NCBI GenBank assembly: GCA_043228905.1
Contig: JBHGNT010000011.1
Coordinates: forward strand, 7,440,001-7,504,000
DNA from: Azolla caroliniana
Lineage: Eukaryota; Plantae; Polypodiophyta
Length of the DNA: 64,000 nucleotides
Reading direction: 5' to 3'
The notes under the pieces are model-generated. The model searched no databases and was not told the DNA's origin. It worked only from the letters and a program-made list of their open reading frames with translations. A program made the translations under genes and the position numbers. Positions 26,501 to 38,374 of the stretch are shown here, piece after piece (the stretch's first letter is position 1; every line of letters starts with the position of its first letter).

Positions 26501-29034
26501 AAGACAAAGACAGATCAGAAAATGTAGAAGACTGTCACAGAGATGGAGACAAGGTTGGACAGCAAAGTCCAACATCAACAGAATGTTCTGGACCATCAAA
26601 AAGCTCAGATGGTAAATCTGATTCAAATTCATGGAGTGGAAAGACTGGACAGAAAAAATCTGATGACAAAAAAGGAAAACAGAAAATGCCAGAGTATGAA
26701 ATCCCGGATGACCTATCAAAAAACATGGAAGATGAAGATTCAGATATGTCTTTGGATGATTTCCTTGGAATACAGGAAATGAAAATCCCTGGTATGGAAA
26801 AGGCAATAAAGAATGCAAATCAGAAACTGAGAAGATCAGATAGAGAGAAAAAGACTGTGGAAAGATTTGGGTATGATACATATATGGCTATGCACTATGC
26901 ATATATGTCTAAGGTGGTACAGATCCCTGACCCAAACAGCTTTGAAGAAGCAAAATCTGAGAAGAAATGGATGGATGCAATGCAAGAAGAGATTGATGCA
27001 TTGGCTGAGAACAAAACGTGGGATTTAGTGAAGTTACCAAAAGAGAAAAATGTGGTAGGCTGCAAATGGGTCTACAAGACAAAGCATGACTCCAATGGGA
27101 ATGTAAGTAGACATAAAGCAAGATTGGTTGCAAAAGGATATGCTCAGATGCAAGGGATTGATTATGATGGGACTTTTGCACCGGTTGCAAAGATGGCAAC
27201 CTTGAGAACACTACTTGCTGTAGGAGCAGCCAGAAAATGGATTTTGCATCACATGGATGTAAAAAATGCTTTTTTACATGGTAACTTGGAAGAAGAAGTG
27301 TATATGAGTCAACCACCAGGTTTTGAAGATAAGAAACATCCTGATTATGTATGTAAGCTGAAAAAAGCTCTCTATGGACTGAAACAGGCACCAAGAGCAT
27401 GGCACAGAGAACTTTCAGATTCTTTGAAAAATCTTGGTTTCAAAATGTCAAAAGCTGATCCTTCTTTGTATGTAAAAAGTGAAAATGATTGCATTGTTAT
27501 TATTCTGATTTATGTAGATGATTTGATTATTGGAGGAGATTCCGTGGATGAAATAAGAAAGTTGAAAAAAAATCTGGAAATGCAGTTTCATATGAAAGAT
27601 TTGGGAGATCTGAGATATTTTCTTGGTATTGAAATCATCAGATCTGAAAGTGGTATATGTATGTTGCAAAAACAGTATGCAACAACTATGTTGAAAAAGT
27701 ATGGTATGCTTGGATGCAAACCTATTGCTGTACCACTTGATAAAAACTGCAAGTTGAGGGCTGATTTGGGAGCCAAGATAGAAGATGTAAACATGTACAG
27801 GTCTATGGTGGGCAGCCTTATTTATTTGACTATAACAAGACCTGATTTGAGCTATGCTGTTGGATTAGTCAGCCAGTTTATGCAACAGCCAACAAAGCCA
27901 CATTTGGACTGCATTAGAAGAATTCTGAGGTATGTAAAAGCTACTCAGAACTATGGATTGTTTTACAGGGCTGATTTGGACATAAATCTGGAAGGATATA
28001 CAGATGCTGATTGGGCTGGAAGCCAAACAGACAGGAGATCCACAAGTGGATATATCTTTACATTGGGAAGTGCAGGTATTTCATGGAGTAGCAAGAAACA
28101 GGCTACTGTTGCATTGTCTAGTACTGAAGCTGAGTACAAAGGAGCTGCCATAGCCACTTGTGAAGAGGTATGGATTAGAAGATTGCTTGCTGATTTGGGA
28201 GAGTATATAGACGGTACTGTCACAATCTGGTGTGACAACATGAGCAACATTCAACTTGCAAAGAACCCTGTGTTCCATGCAAGAACAAAGCACATTGAAG
28301 TGCATTATCACTTTGTTCGAGAAAAAGTGATTGAAGGAGAAGTTGATCTGGTGTATGTGAATACAAATCAGCAGGTTGCTGATATTCTCACAAAGGGATT
28401 GAGTGTGGAAAAGCATACACAGTTTCGGAACATGATGGGAGTTGTAAACATTGATGAGATGGCTAAAAAGCAAAATGGAAAAGAAGATTGAAGAGAACCT
28501 CAAGCAAGAATAAGTTGAGCTTGAGGGGGAGTGTTGAGAAGCAAGCTCAACATGGTATGTGATGCTTATGAGAAATAAGCTATAGTAGCTATTTAGCTAC
28601 TAGTGAACAAAAAGGTAAAACAGCTATTTAGCTATGGACAGCTAATTAGCGACTGAACAGCTATTTAGCTAGTGACAGCTAATTAGCTAGTGAACAGCTA
28701 TTTAGCGACTGACAGCTAATTAGCTACTGGCAGCTAATTAGCTGCATGTGTAATAACTTATGACTTAGGTAAAAGTAAGTGAGAGTGAATAGGAAGTAAG
28801 TAGTAAGGAAAAACAGAGAATAGTGAGTAGAGAACTCTGAGAGAGAGTGAGAGACCAGAAGACTGACGAGAGCAAGTTGAGCTCTACATGTAATAGAAGA
28901 AAACCATTTTGCTACTACAGAGGTAAGTCCCCTTTCCTTTCTTTGTCTGTTTAGAGCACGCTAACGATCCAGCACACTACGATCCGCTGCGCACATAAGA
29001 AGAGCCCGAGTGCCTTCTTCACGTTTTCTTAACA
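23524..29034 (+). mobile_element. Intact young Copia element; TSD ACGGC
   Basis: 503-bp LTRs 23524-24026 and 28532-29034 (about 4 differences), PBS TGGTATCAGAGC 24027-24038, PPT 28523-28531, TSD at 23519-23523 and 29035-29039. Confidence 0.98.
24166..28491 (+). CDS. Copia gag-pol polyprotein, uninterrupted
   Basis: CWYCGKPGH, WYVDSGAS, WHKRIGH, SDGGGE, LIYVDD, YTDADWA, TKHI in a single ORF. Confidence 0.96.
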   Translation: MAAENAGQIVTEKLDKNNFPAWKFRMTNFLMGKGYWDYIEGDLEEAPEILEENATAAQIKALKDWNQGARKVMHWLSLSISDSMLGHIQDAMLPKEAWDSLVKLFAVNTKARKLQLKTELNTLEKGKMSINEYALKIKSICESLASINVKIEDDDKVEICLRGLGPQYKSFKTSMLTRDSIPSFSDLVSMLVVEERNQMDDANKGNSENEGQALYNNAGRGRGRGHGRFGSGRTNNNGFQGRGQQAHRGGNNNRGRGSNRGRGKQTYVNDDGCWYCGKPGHTQAECYKKQNDEKRGKGQQSNYASTSEDCEKEGVFVVQHEIAAVAESSQKCNEEFTWYVDSGASNHMTGHANWFESLREPEVPGYVQTGDDTTHQIKHVGDIPLWEERGKTKYMLDVMHVPNLAKNLISVGQIVEQGMQVKFKPSGCYIEKNGKLIAKGKRQGRMFILDVEMPKQISAMFANGTSVISDVEMWHKRIGHISMQTLKNMLRKDAVAGLPNLKKCEMGKVCEACQYGKQNRLPFPHERHVSKNLLDLVHTDVWGPTKNASIGGCRFYVTFIDDCSRKTWVYFMKEKSEVFDCFRKFKCMVEKQAGTRIKCLRSDGGGEYFSNEFSDFLCNQGIRRQFTCRYTPQQNGVAERKNRTLVNIARAMMTEKNMPLYYWAEAVNTANYILNRCITSGVHEATPEECFYGRKPSLQHLKVFGCLAYVHVPAEVRSKLDPKAEKCILVGYSEEQKGYRCYNPVTKKIVTSRDVIFDELASWYNPKQNLETDEDCQNEDKDRSENVEDCHRDGDKVGQQSPTSTECSGPSKSSDGKSDSNSWSGKTGQKKSDDKKGKQKMPEYEIPDDLSKNMEDEDSDMSLDDFLGIQEMKIPGMEKAIKNANQKLRRSDREKKTVERFGYDTYMAMHYAYMSKVVQIPDPNSFEEAKSEKKWMDAMQEEIDALAENKTWDLVKLPKEKNVVGCKWVYKTKHDSNGNVSRHKARLVAKGYAQMQGIDYDGTFAPVAKMATLRTLLAVGAARKWILHHMDVKNAFLHGNLEEEVYMSQPPGFEDKKHPDYVCKLKKALYGLKQAPRAWHRELSDSLKNLGFKMSKADPSLYVKSENDCIVIILIYVDDLIIGGDSVDEIRKLKKNLEMQFHMKDLGDLRYFLGIEIIRSESGICMLQKQYATTMLKKYGMLGCKPIAVPLDKNCKLRADLGAKIEDVNMYRSMVGSLIYLTITRPDLSYAVGLVSQFMQQPTKPHLDCIRRILRYVKATQNYGLFYRADLDINLEGYTDADWAGSQTDRRSTSGYIFTLGSAGISWSSKKQATVALSSTEAEYKGAAIATCEEVWIRRLLADLGEYIDGTVTIWCDNMSNIQLAKNPVFHARTKHIEVHYHFVREKVIEGEVDLVYVNTNQQVADILTKGLSVEKHTQFRNMMGVVNIDEMAKKQNGKED

Positions 29035-31091
29035 ACGGCTGGATATACGAGCAGGTTTGAGCATCCCACCTCATTCGAATGCTCTTTGATTTTTTGCTTC
29101 TTGATCTCGTCATAATAACCAAATGTTATATATTCCATTGCGTTGACGAACCGAAAAGTCGGTCCCCTATTTACGTTGGTTTTAATCCTGATCATTGAGA
29201 AAAAAGTTATAAGCAATTTAAATTATAATATATAATTCCTATTGAAATACAGTGTTTTTGATAAAATCCTTACCAAGTAAGGTTCTTAATTCCATGGCAA
29301 CAAGATCTCAACGCTTGAGCCACGGAATATCCCTGATCCATGCTATGAAATATTACAATTCTCCACAAGGAAGTGGTGGTCAAGTCGGCGAAATCTTTTA
29401 CCATTTTTTCCAACTACTTGAACCTAAAAGGTTTGTCATCGTAGATTGAACCAACCATACGAAAACCGTATGGAATATCAACCACCATTAACGTATAGTC
29501 TTTCTTTGGCAACTTCTGAATCATGTCAGCCACATCACCACAATAAACATTGTAGTATAGATATCTGGTGATGTCATTTTTGTGGCTGAACTTCTTGAAG
29601 GTGCCGTCATCTTCCACCTCAAACGCCCTTACCAAGCGTTGATCCTTCTCTTTTCTGGCCCTTTCAAGATGCGCAAGAAAGGATGTTGGAAAGTCATGTA
29701 TACCCTTTATTTCACTAGCCTCTTACTCCGACATGGTTTTAAAAAAAAATAAGACATCAACAAAGTTATAGTGATACACGGGATGGACCACCACAAATTG
29801 ATCAAACAAAGAGTTATACTCACCCAATCCTTAAATGCAATGAAATATTCCGATAATGCCTTGTACGAAGACATTATCAGATATTCTTCAGTCACTTGTT
29901 CCCTCGATAAGCAACCTAGTTGCTTCATCATCACTTGTATTTTCATATAGACTTTGTGGCTGAAAATTTCTAAACCAACATTAAAAATTCATTTCTTAAA
30001 ACAAGATAAACCATAAAAAAATTAGTAAGACCTTGTTGAACTCCGTAACCATTTCCTCTAGGCTCAACTCCTTTGCTACAACTCTTGAAAGCACAGATAT
30101 AAGAAGTTGCTCATCTTTGATCCCTTGCATTGCCCTCCATAAAGACAACTTCATATCATCTGTCGCTTCCTCAATGGTAAGCTCAATCTTCGTCGCAATT
30201 GAGCTCTTCAATTCTAATTGATGGTCAACTTTCGACTTCTTTTGTCTTTGACCCTTCACTTCCTTATTCTCCCACATCATGAATATTTGATCTTGAAGAT
30301 CCCAGACTCCTCCATCCCTAAATGCGAGTTGAAACCACGGCTCATACTTTCTGATTCCATCAGACTTCACCGCATCGTCCACCACAATTCCCACTTCGTG
30401 GAGACATTGACGTCGTAGAGCTGGATATAATTTCGCTCCAAATTTGGTTTTCCCGTCAAGGTACTCGTGGTGAAAAAATCTAATGCGTTTGATGGAGGAC
30501 ATCTTTGGCCAGTAGTCATTGTCGTTATTGTGGTCCCATGCTAACAACTTCGCCTCCTCAGTTGTTAACCCCACATAAATTTTGCATTCCGCATATTTGA
30601 AGAAGAACGTTGTTGGATGCTCGCGGACTAATTGTCGTCTGGCCTCCGCCGAGTGAGATCCTCCAATCACAAAATAATTGTATTGTTCATGCTTCTTAAT
30701 ATCAAAATCCTTTAGCTTAGATCACTCAAGAGGATCCACCATTACAATAAAAGGCACGACCGTTGCATGAGGGTTGATTTTCATCTTCTTCTTTAAATTT
30801 TGGACGTGCCGCTTATGTGGTTCCCTGATCTCCAAAGGGCGACGTCCTGTATTCTCATCTAGAGGGGGGCGATGAATATGGGTTATCGGAAGGTTAAAAA
30901 CTTGCCCTTTCCGCACAAGTTTTCTATGTATTAAGTCCCTTCTAATTTTATTTTGTTCTGATGAGAACACACCAGATGCCAGCTCTACTCCTGGTGTAGC
31001 TTGAGCCTCTTCATCCTCTATTGAACTCGATGACTCAGAATCTAACATTCTCGTCATCTTCTTTTTTGGAGGCCTGGACTGCACTTAATAA
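29035..31091 (-). pseudogene. Intron-containing ParB-like + N4/N6 DNA methyltransferase (beta-class order) pseudogene
   Basis: YFVIGGSHSAEA (ParB/Srx-like); YCGDVADMIQKLPKKDYTLMVVDIPYG; phase-consistent GT..AG intron at 29273-29188; further probable introns at about 30031-29960 and from 29823; in-frame stops at 30722 and 29414. Confidence 0.75.
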
Positions 31092-32263
31092 TGTCGTGAA
31101 GATCCATCACTACGCGCGGATCGTGAGGCGGAACCGCCGGGGTTCTGGACCGGAAGGATTCAACGTTGGCACAAGCTTTAGCGAGAAAGGAATTAAGATA
31201 GATTGAAAGAGAGAGAGATTGAGAAAAGATAAAACGCTTGATTTTAGATTAAGAGAGAGATTAAGAACTCTTGACTTTAGATTTCAAAAACAAGTTACAC
31301 GATCCATTTGATAACGAATTTTCTTCTTCTTAATTTATAACCAAAAGAGCCTAACCCTTCTTCTTTTTCATCCCTCCTTTTATAGATGTTCTCATGCATA
31401 TGATGTATGAGAGGGTACAAGACATGCATAAAATGCATGTTTGCCATTTGGCGCTCATGTATTACATGTGGTGCATGATAACCATGTCACTCATTTTAAC
31501 TCTCATGTATGTGAATTTCCATGTAAAAGTAGAATGATAGAAATATAAATTCAACTAAATGTCATGGCTTAGTAGTAAGCCTACTGACTCTTAACTAGGA
31601 GGTGCAAGCTTCGAATCCTTACTTGCCCTCCTTGTATATATATATGTGATATATATTAATTTATTTATTAATTTGGTCGCCGGATGCCGGATGCCGGATG
31701 CTGCCGGTTTCCATCGATTGCCGCTGCTGCCGCCAGATGTCGAATACCGCCTCGTAGGCCCGTCGGATGCCGATACCGCCGGATCACCGGCTACGTCGCC
31801 ATCGCCTCGCCGGTTCTGTCAGATGCCGATTCCGCCGCCATCGGCGCATGGCGATCGCCGGTTATCGTCAAGTTCCATTTTGGTTGGCCAAAACCTTTAC
31901 GAGTGGCTAGGCAACCTCCACTCTTAGTTCAAGTTACCTTGACCTCTCTATGCTCCACAAATAGACACAATAATAATAACTTTTGCTCTACCTTATATAT
32001 AGTGAGAGCCTTATTCGTCCTATCTATGTGGGATATCTCACAATTTTCTCTTTTTCTTTCGCAACTTCTTACCCACACAAGTTGACACTTAGATGTTCGT
32101 TTCTTATGTAGTAAAGTCCATCTCTTTAAGATCTTCGTCTTTTGTACTAAGATATTAAACTTACTTGCAATTAGTATATTCACTATTATTGTTTTATATG
32201 ATTGAAACTTAATTTCGTACGTCTTATGTGATTTTTACACCATTGCCAAAAATCTTCACGACA
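31092..32263 (-). repeat. 3' LTR of Gypsy-3 (1172 bp) with 12-bp terminal inverted repeats
   Basis: TGTCGTGAAGAT...ATCTTCACGACA; preceded on the minus strand by PPT-like GGTGGGGGTGGA and the INT C-terminus. Confidence 0.75.
31561..31628 (+). other. tRNA-derived/SINE-head-like segment inside the LTR
   Basis: A-box-like TGGCTTAGTAGTAA, CT-CTT-AA loop, B-box-like GCTTCGAATCC; acceptor stem poor. Confidence 0.45.
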
Positions 32264-32740
32264 TCCACCCCCACCAAACCGCACATCCTCCGGTACGTGC
32301 CAAGAAGAGAGAAAGTGAGATTTCGGCTACGGTGATCAATCAGATTCCTCCGTGTCTTCATTTACATCCGCCCTATTATGTTCATCGTCGAGGTGATCGA
32401 GGTAAGGATCCTCATCTTGTCTTTTCTTGAAAATGTTTACTCTTTTTCCCACAATGGGTACGACCAACCTTGATCCATCTAGCTCCGCAAGGTGGTATGT
32501 GGCATTATCGTTGGCACTTGTCACCACGTACGGCCCGAACCATCTTCTTGCGAATTTTCTTATTGTACTGTGTTGATTGTCAAGGCTGCTGTCGTAAACC
32601 AAAACCCAATCTCCTTCTTCAATCTTCTTTGGACGAAGTCGATGCGTGTTGTCGAACCGAACTTTGTTCTTTACTCGGGCTGCCTCCATCATCTTTCGCG
32701 CTTTTTCTAGATCTTCAGGTCTTCTTTCAAGTTGCCTTAT

Positions 32741-35700
32741 TGTAGAAAGTAGCGTGCAGAAGCAGGTATGAAGACAGAACAGAGGAAGGAAACACGGGTT
32801 TAATGGAGAGCTTGAGCTTACACGGTATACACAGGAGAGTTAGAGAGAGAGAACACAAAAAACTATATTTTACAATAATACTCAATCTCTGTACATAAGA
32901 CGTGCTCAGTGAGCATTTTGATACAAGTCCTAAAAGGACTGATCGAAGTACTGACAGTACTTCAATGCTCATCAAGAGCCCTTACACTAACTCCCAAATA
33001 TATTCCTCACGGAATATCTTTCCTAACGACCTCCCGGTTTACGCACTCGGCCTAACCGATCGGTCCCAACCGATCCGGTCCTCGGCTTCTTCAGCCAATC
33101 CGGCTGATATTGAGCTTGTCTCCCAACACTCCCCCTCAAGCTCAACTTGAGGCTCTTCGGGATCTTCACAGCACCGGTTCCTCCTGGCTTCACGCCTCGC
33201 TCGCGCTCCTCGACCTGTTCGACTCCGCGCGCTTCAACCCTTCCGGTCGGCTTGTCTGCTCATGCGGCCCTTAGCTCTTCTGCTGTTGCGGTGTTGACGC
33301 CTCTCCTGCTGCCTTTTCTTCCGCTTGGGCCTCTGTTGATTCAGCGTGTCTGAATCAAACATCCGAACCGACTCGACTACCTCCGATCGGTCTTCACTCT
33401 CGTCCGAGTTGGCTGTCTCCAACTCGTCTTCGGTCTTCTCGCCCTCGATGGCGTCATCCTCCTCATGCGTGGTTGGCTTCGGCTCTCTCCTTCGGTTGCT
33501 CCCCTTCTGTCTGCTTCCAAACTTTTCCGCGGGTCCGCCCTCGGCTTCTTCAGCCGATCCGTCTTCAACCGAGTCAACAAGCGAGTCAACCGACTCAATG
33601 TCGCGGTCTCCGCTCCTTTCCTACTGCCTTGCTTGGTCGTTCGGGACTGTTCTCCCCCTCAAGTTCGGCACATCGAGGTGATGTAATCCGAGCGCACTTG
33701 AGAATTGCCGCAACTTGTCCAGACCAAGAGGCTTGGTGAAGATGTCGGCAGCCTGCCGATCCGTCAGAACGTACTGAAGTTTGACTTCACTGGAAAGGAC
33801 ACGCTCATGGACAAAATGGTAGTGCACCTCAATGTGCTTGGTCCGTGCGTGAAAAACAGGGTTTTTCGCGAGCTGGATGTTGTTGAGGTTGTCGCAGTAG
33901 ATCGTCGTCGGATCGGACACCTCCTCTTGCAGGTCCTTAAGTAGCCGCTTCAACCATATGGCTTCGCATGTCGCGACAGCCGCTCCTCGGTACTCTGCTT
34001 CGGTGCTCGACAGGGCAACTGTCGGCTGCTTCTTACTGCTCCACGCGATCGCGGCAGTCCCGAGGGAGAACGCATATCCAGACGTCGATCGGCGATCGGC
34101 GGCGTTGCCAGCCCAATCAGCATCGGTGTAGCCGACTAACTGTGCGGCCGCACCGGTCCGATATAGCAGTTCCCGGTCCTTAGTGCCGTTGACATACCGA
34201 AGTATGCGTTGCACGCACTGAAGGTGCTCCTCGGTAGGTTGCACCATGAACTGACTGATCACCCCGACCGGATAATTGAGGTCGGGTCGAGTGATGGTCA
34301 AGTATATGAGGCTTCCGACAATTTTTCGGAACCTCGTCGGGTTCTGTCCAGAGGAGTCGAGATGGACTTACAGTTGGCCATCCCGAGTTTGAAGAGCATA
34401 CTCAGCACGTAGTGACGTTGGCTGATCAATATGCCTTTGGGGGTACGGATCACTTCGATCCCGAGGAAGTAATGAAGGTCCCCCAGATCCTTCATGTCGA
34501 ACGATGCCGCAAGCTGGAGCTTCATGCGGTCGATTTCACCTAGGTCGGCGCCGGTGATGACCAAGTCATCGACATATAGTAAAATACTAACCGGTCTAAG
34601 TCGACCTTTCCAGATGAACAGGGAAGAGTCCGATTTTGACGTGACGAAGCCCATCCGACACAGTTGTTGCGTGATCTTCGCGTTCCAGGCACGCGGGGCT
34701 TGCTTCAGTCCATAAAGGGACTTCTTCAGTCGGCATATTGCTGAGGAGTTTGTTCCAGAGTGAAATCCGGGGGGTTGTACCATGTACACCTGTTCCTCAA
34801 GGTCACCTTGCTGGAACGCATTCTTTACATCCATTTGATGTAAGTGCCACCCCTTGGCCGCGGCTACTGCGAGCAAAACACGGACGGTCGTCATTTTCGC
34901 GACCGGCGCAAACGTCTCATCGTAGTCGATGCCATGTTTCTGCGCGTAGCCCTTTGCCACCAACCGAGCCTTGTACCGGTTGACCGAGCCATCGGTGTTG
35001 TACTTGACCTTGTACACCCACCTACACCCGATCGGTTTTACCCCTTTTGGTGCGTCAACTAGGTCCCAGGTCTCGTTCTCCGCCAATGCGTGCATCTCTT
35101 CCTCCATTGCGGCACGCCAATTTGCGTCTTTAGCCGCTTCTGCGTAGCCCTCCGACTCACCCACTTCCGCTACACGAGTCATGTACGCATAGTGATGCGC
35201 CATGTACTCGTTGTATCCGAACCGCACAACTGGATTCTTTTGGCGGGTAGATCGGTGTAATCTTATATCAGCCGATGTCGAGGCCTTCTCGGCCGACGTG
35301 TCTTCATCTTTAAAGACCTGTCACTGGTTCCCTCGGAGTCGGACTCGCGTCGGTTTGACTCGTTCCTTTTCGTGCCGGAATCCGACACCTTCTTCTTCCC
35401 TTTCTCTTTGCGCGTAAGCCGTCTCCTCGGCTTCCTGCGCGGGGAATGTATGGCCGAGTCTTCACTACTCGCCGGCTCTTCGTCGGACTGGTCGTACCGA
35501 CCCAGTCGTCCAATCGGTCCACTTAACCGGAGTGAAATCGGACTCTCTTCGCGAGTCTCGATTTCGGGCTCATCTGGAGGCATCTCGGCCTCGCTGACCT
35601 CATCGTCAGAGCTCGGATTGGGGGCAGGGTTCAGAGTCGGGGGCAAGTACCAGGACACGGACTCGTCAAACACAACATCGCGGCTGACACGCGCTTGTTT

Positions 35701-38374
35701 GGTGCGAGGGTTATGGCACTTATAACCCTTCTGCTCGTCCGAGTAACCGACCAAGATGCATTTCTCGGCCTTTGCGTCCAGCTTCCTCCTTTTCTCCTTC
35801 GGTATATGCACATACGCAATGCTACCGAACACCCTCAAGTGTCGCAAGTTCGGCTTCGTTCCGAAATATAGCTCGTGCATTGACACTTTGTCTCCGATCC
35901 GGTTCTGGATGTATATCGCGGTCCTTACCGCCTTGGCCCAGTAGAACTTGGGCAAGCTCTTCTCCTCCAGCATTGCCCGTGCCGCTTCCACAATCGACCG
36001 ATTCTTCCTCTCGGCCACGCCGTTCTGCTCTAGCGTGTATCTACAACTGAATTCGTGGCGAATTCCCAGTTGTTGTAGATAACCATTGAATTGACCGGAA
36101 AAGTACTCTTTCCCGCCATCCGACCGCAGGCACTTGATCTTTCGTCCCGTTTCGGTTTCCACGAACTCCTTGAGGTCCCGGAAACAGTCGAAGACTTCGC
36201 TCTTCCTCTCAATGAGGTAGATCCACGTGTGCCGCGTGTGGTCGTCGATGAAGGAGACGAAATATCGGCTCCCGCCAAGACTAACATTTTGTGCCGGCCC
36301 CCACACATCCGAGTGTATAAGGTTGAGCTTGTTCCGGCTACGGTTTTGCTCGTTGGGGAAAGGAAGTCGGTGTTGCTTCCCGAGCTGGCAGGCTTCACAA
36401 ATTTGTGCCTTTCGGCCACTAAACTTGGGCAATCCGAACACTACCTGTTTCGATTGCAGATCTTGAAGCTGCTGGTAGTTGACGTGGCCTATCCTCTTGT
36501 GCCACAAGTCGATGTCCGACTCGGTCTTTTGTCCCTTCACGAACATTGCGGTGCCATCGTCAGTGGAGTCAAGGATGAACATCCTCCCGTCTCTGCGCCC
36601 TTGCGCAATCACACAGCCTTCTTCCTCAATGAAGCACCTGAGGTGTGTAAACCAAACCTCCATTCCTTGGTCAACGATCTGTCCGACCGAGACCAAGTTT
36701 TTTGTGATTGTCGGGACGTGCAACACGTTCATGAGTTTCCCTTTCTGCCCGACATGGCTAAGGGGAACTTCTCCGACATTCGCGATCGGATGCGGAGTGT
36801 CGTCTCCTGTTGCGACTACTCCAGGTTGTATCGGTTTTTCAAGGTACGAGAACCACTCCTTATGGCTCGTCATGTGGTTTGACGCGCCGGAGTCTATGTA
36901 CCACACCTCGTCCGATCTCGGGGTGCTCTGTTTCATTGAGTTTGCTTCGTGTCTCGTCACGAAGACAGACCCTTCTCCAGCTCTCTCGGAGTCTTTGGCG
37001 TAGTGTGATGGCTGCCGATTTCCCTTGTCGGTATGTCTGGAGCCGTTCCCGGAACCAATTCTCTCCGAATCGGCGCGCTTCTTCCAGCACTCGCTTTCCC
37101 TGTGGCCTTTCTTGCCACAGTACCAGCACTCCACGATGGCCTTCCCTTGCCGGTTCTCATCGCTTCGACTCCCCCTGTTTCCGGAGGGTCCAGAGTTGCT
37201 GTCGGCACGTTCATAGTGCCTCCGTTCCTGATCTCGTCGGCCGCTTCCATTGCGTACCGACTCGCCTCGTCCGCCACGACCACGGGGCCTTTCTCCCTCC
37301 GTGTACAACATCTTGTTGTCGGTGTGCGTGCTCGTCGAAGCACCCGCGTGGTTCTCCTCTACCAGAAGCATCGACTGTAAGTCGAAAAAGGACGGCGTAT
37401 TCTCTCGGGTACACACAGCCGTTCGGAACGCTCCGAACTTCGACACCAAACCTCCGAGACAGATCTGGACCATCTCGCTCTACTCGATGTTCACCTCTAT
37501 GGAGGCGAGGGAGTCGCAGATATCCTTGATCTTCGGGGTATAGTCCGCCACCGACAAGTCGCGTTGTCGTAGGTTGCTCAACTCCTGTCGGAGCTGAAGC
37601 TTCCTGGCTGTGGTGCTTGCGGCGAAAACCTTCTTCAAATTTTCCCACGCACCCTTCGGCGTCTTTGCATCCCGAACATAGCTCAATAGCTGTTCGCCCA
37701 CACATGACGCGAAGCAGTATAGTACCCTGCTCGCTGATTGCTCCCACGACGGGAAGTCTCTGTGTGTTGATTCGGGTGCCGCGTCATTAACTTCTTCGAC
37801 ATAACTCCAGTAGCCATGCCTGAGCAGGTACTGGTGCATCTTGTAGGACCAAGACGCGTAGTTGGTTCTGTCGAGCTTCTCTGTTGGAAGCGAGCTTGCC
37901 ATGCCTCTATCCATCGTTCTTTTTGTTCTTCTTCGTCAAGCTGTGTCGGCTGCAGAGAGGTTCTCAACCCTCGCGCTCTAATACCATGTAGAAAGTAGCG
38001 TGTGGAAGCGGGTATGAAGACAGAACAGAGGAAGGAAACACAGGTTTAATGGAGAGCTTGAGCTTACACAGTATACGCAGGAGAGATAGAGAGAGAGAAC
38101 ACAAAAAACTATATTTTACAATAATACTCAATCTCTGTACATAAGACGTGCTCAGTGAGCACTTTTATACAAGTCCTAGAAGGACTGACCGAAGTACTGA
38201 CAGTACTTCAATGCTCATCAAGAGCCCCTACACTAACTCCCAAATATATTCCTCACGGAATATCTTTCCTAACGACCTCCCGGTTTATGCACTCGGCCTA
38301 ACCGATCGGTCCCAACCAATCTGGTCCTCGACTTCTTCAGCCGATCCGGCCGATGTTGAGCTTGTCTCTCAACA
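32741..38374 (-). mobile_element. Copia A2, full-length but degenerate; TSD CTTAT
   Basis: 388-bp LTRs 32741-33128 and 37987-38374 (about 20 differences), PBS TGGTATTAGAGC 37975-37986, PPT next to 33129, TSD at 32736-32740 and 38375-38379. Confidence 0.96.
33621..37914 (-). pseudogene. Copia A2 gag-pol (stop, frameshift and small deletion)
   Basis: ORFs 37480-37914, 35263-37473, 34298-35227, 33621-34301. Confidence 0.92.

Noticed and set aside
31561-31628. Functional tRNA-Lys gene
   Set aside because: Acceptor and T stems do not pair well; kept only as a tRNA-derived remnant
31092-32263. MITE/DNA transposon suggested by 12-bp terminal inverted repeats
   Set aside because: TG..CA ends, an adjacent PPT and integrase, and no TSD on both sides fit a 3' LTR
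33147-33620. Extra ORFs between Copia A2 pol and its PPT
   Set aside because: Short, open in several frames, low complexity; no evidence of coding function
36091-37529. Long antisense ORFs over Copia A2 (and similar ones over B, C, D, Gypsy-2)
   Set aside because: Expected shadow ORFs of GC-rich coding sequence; no recognisable motifs
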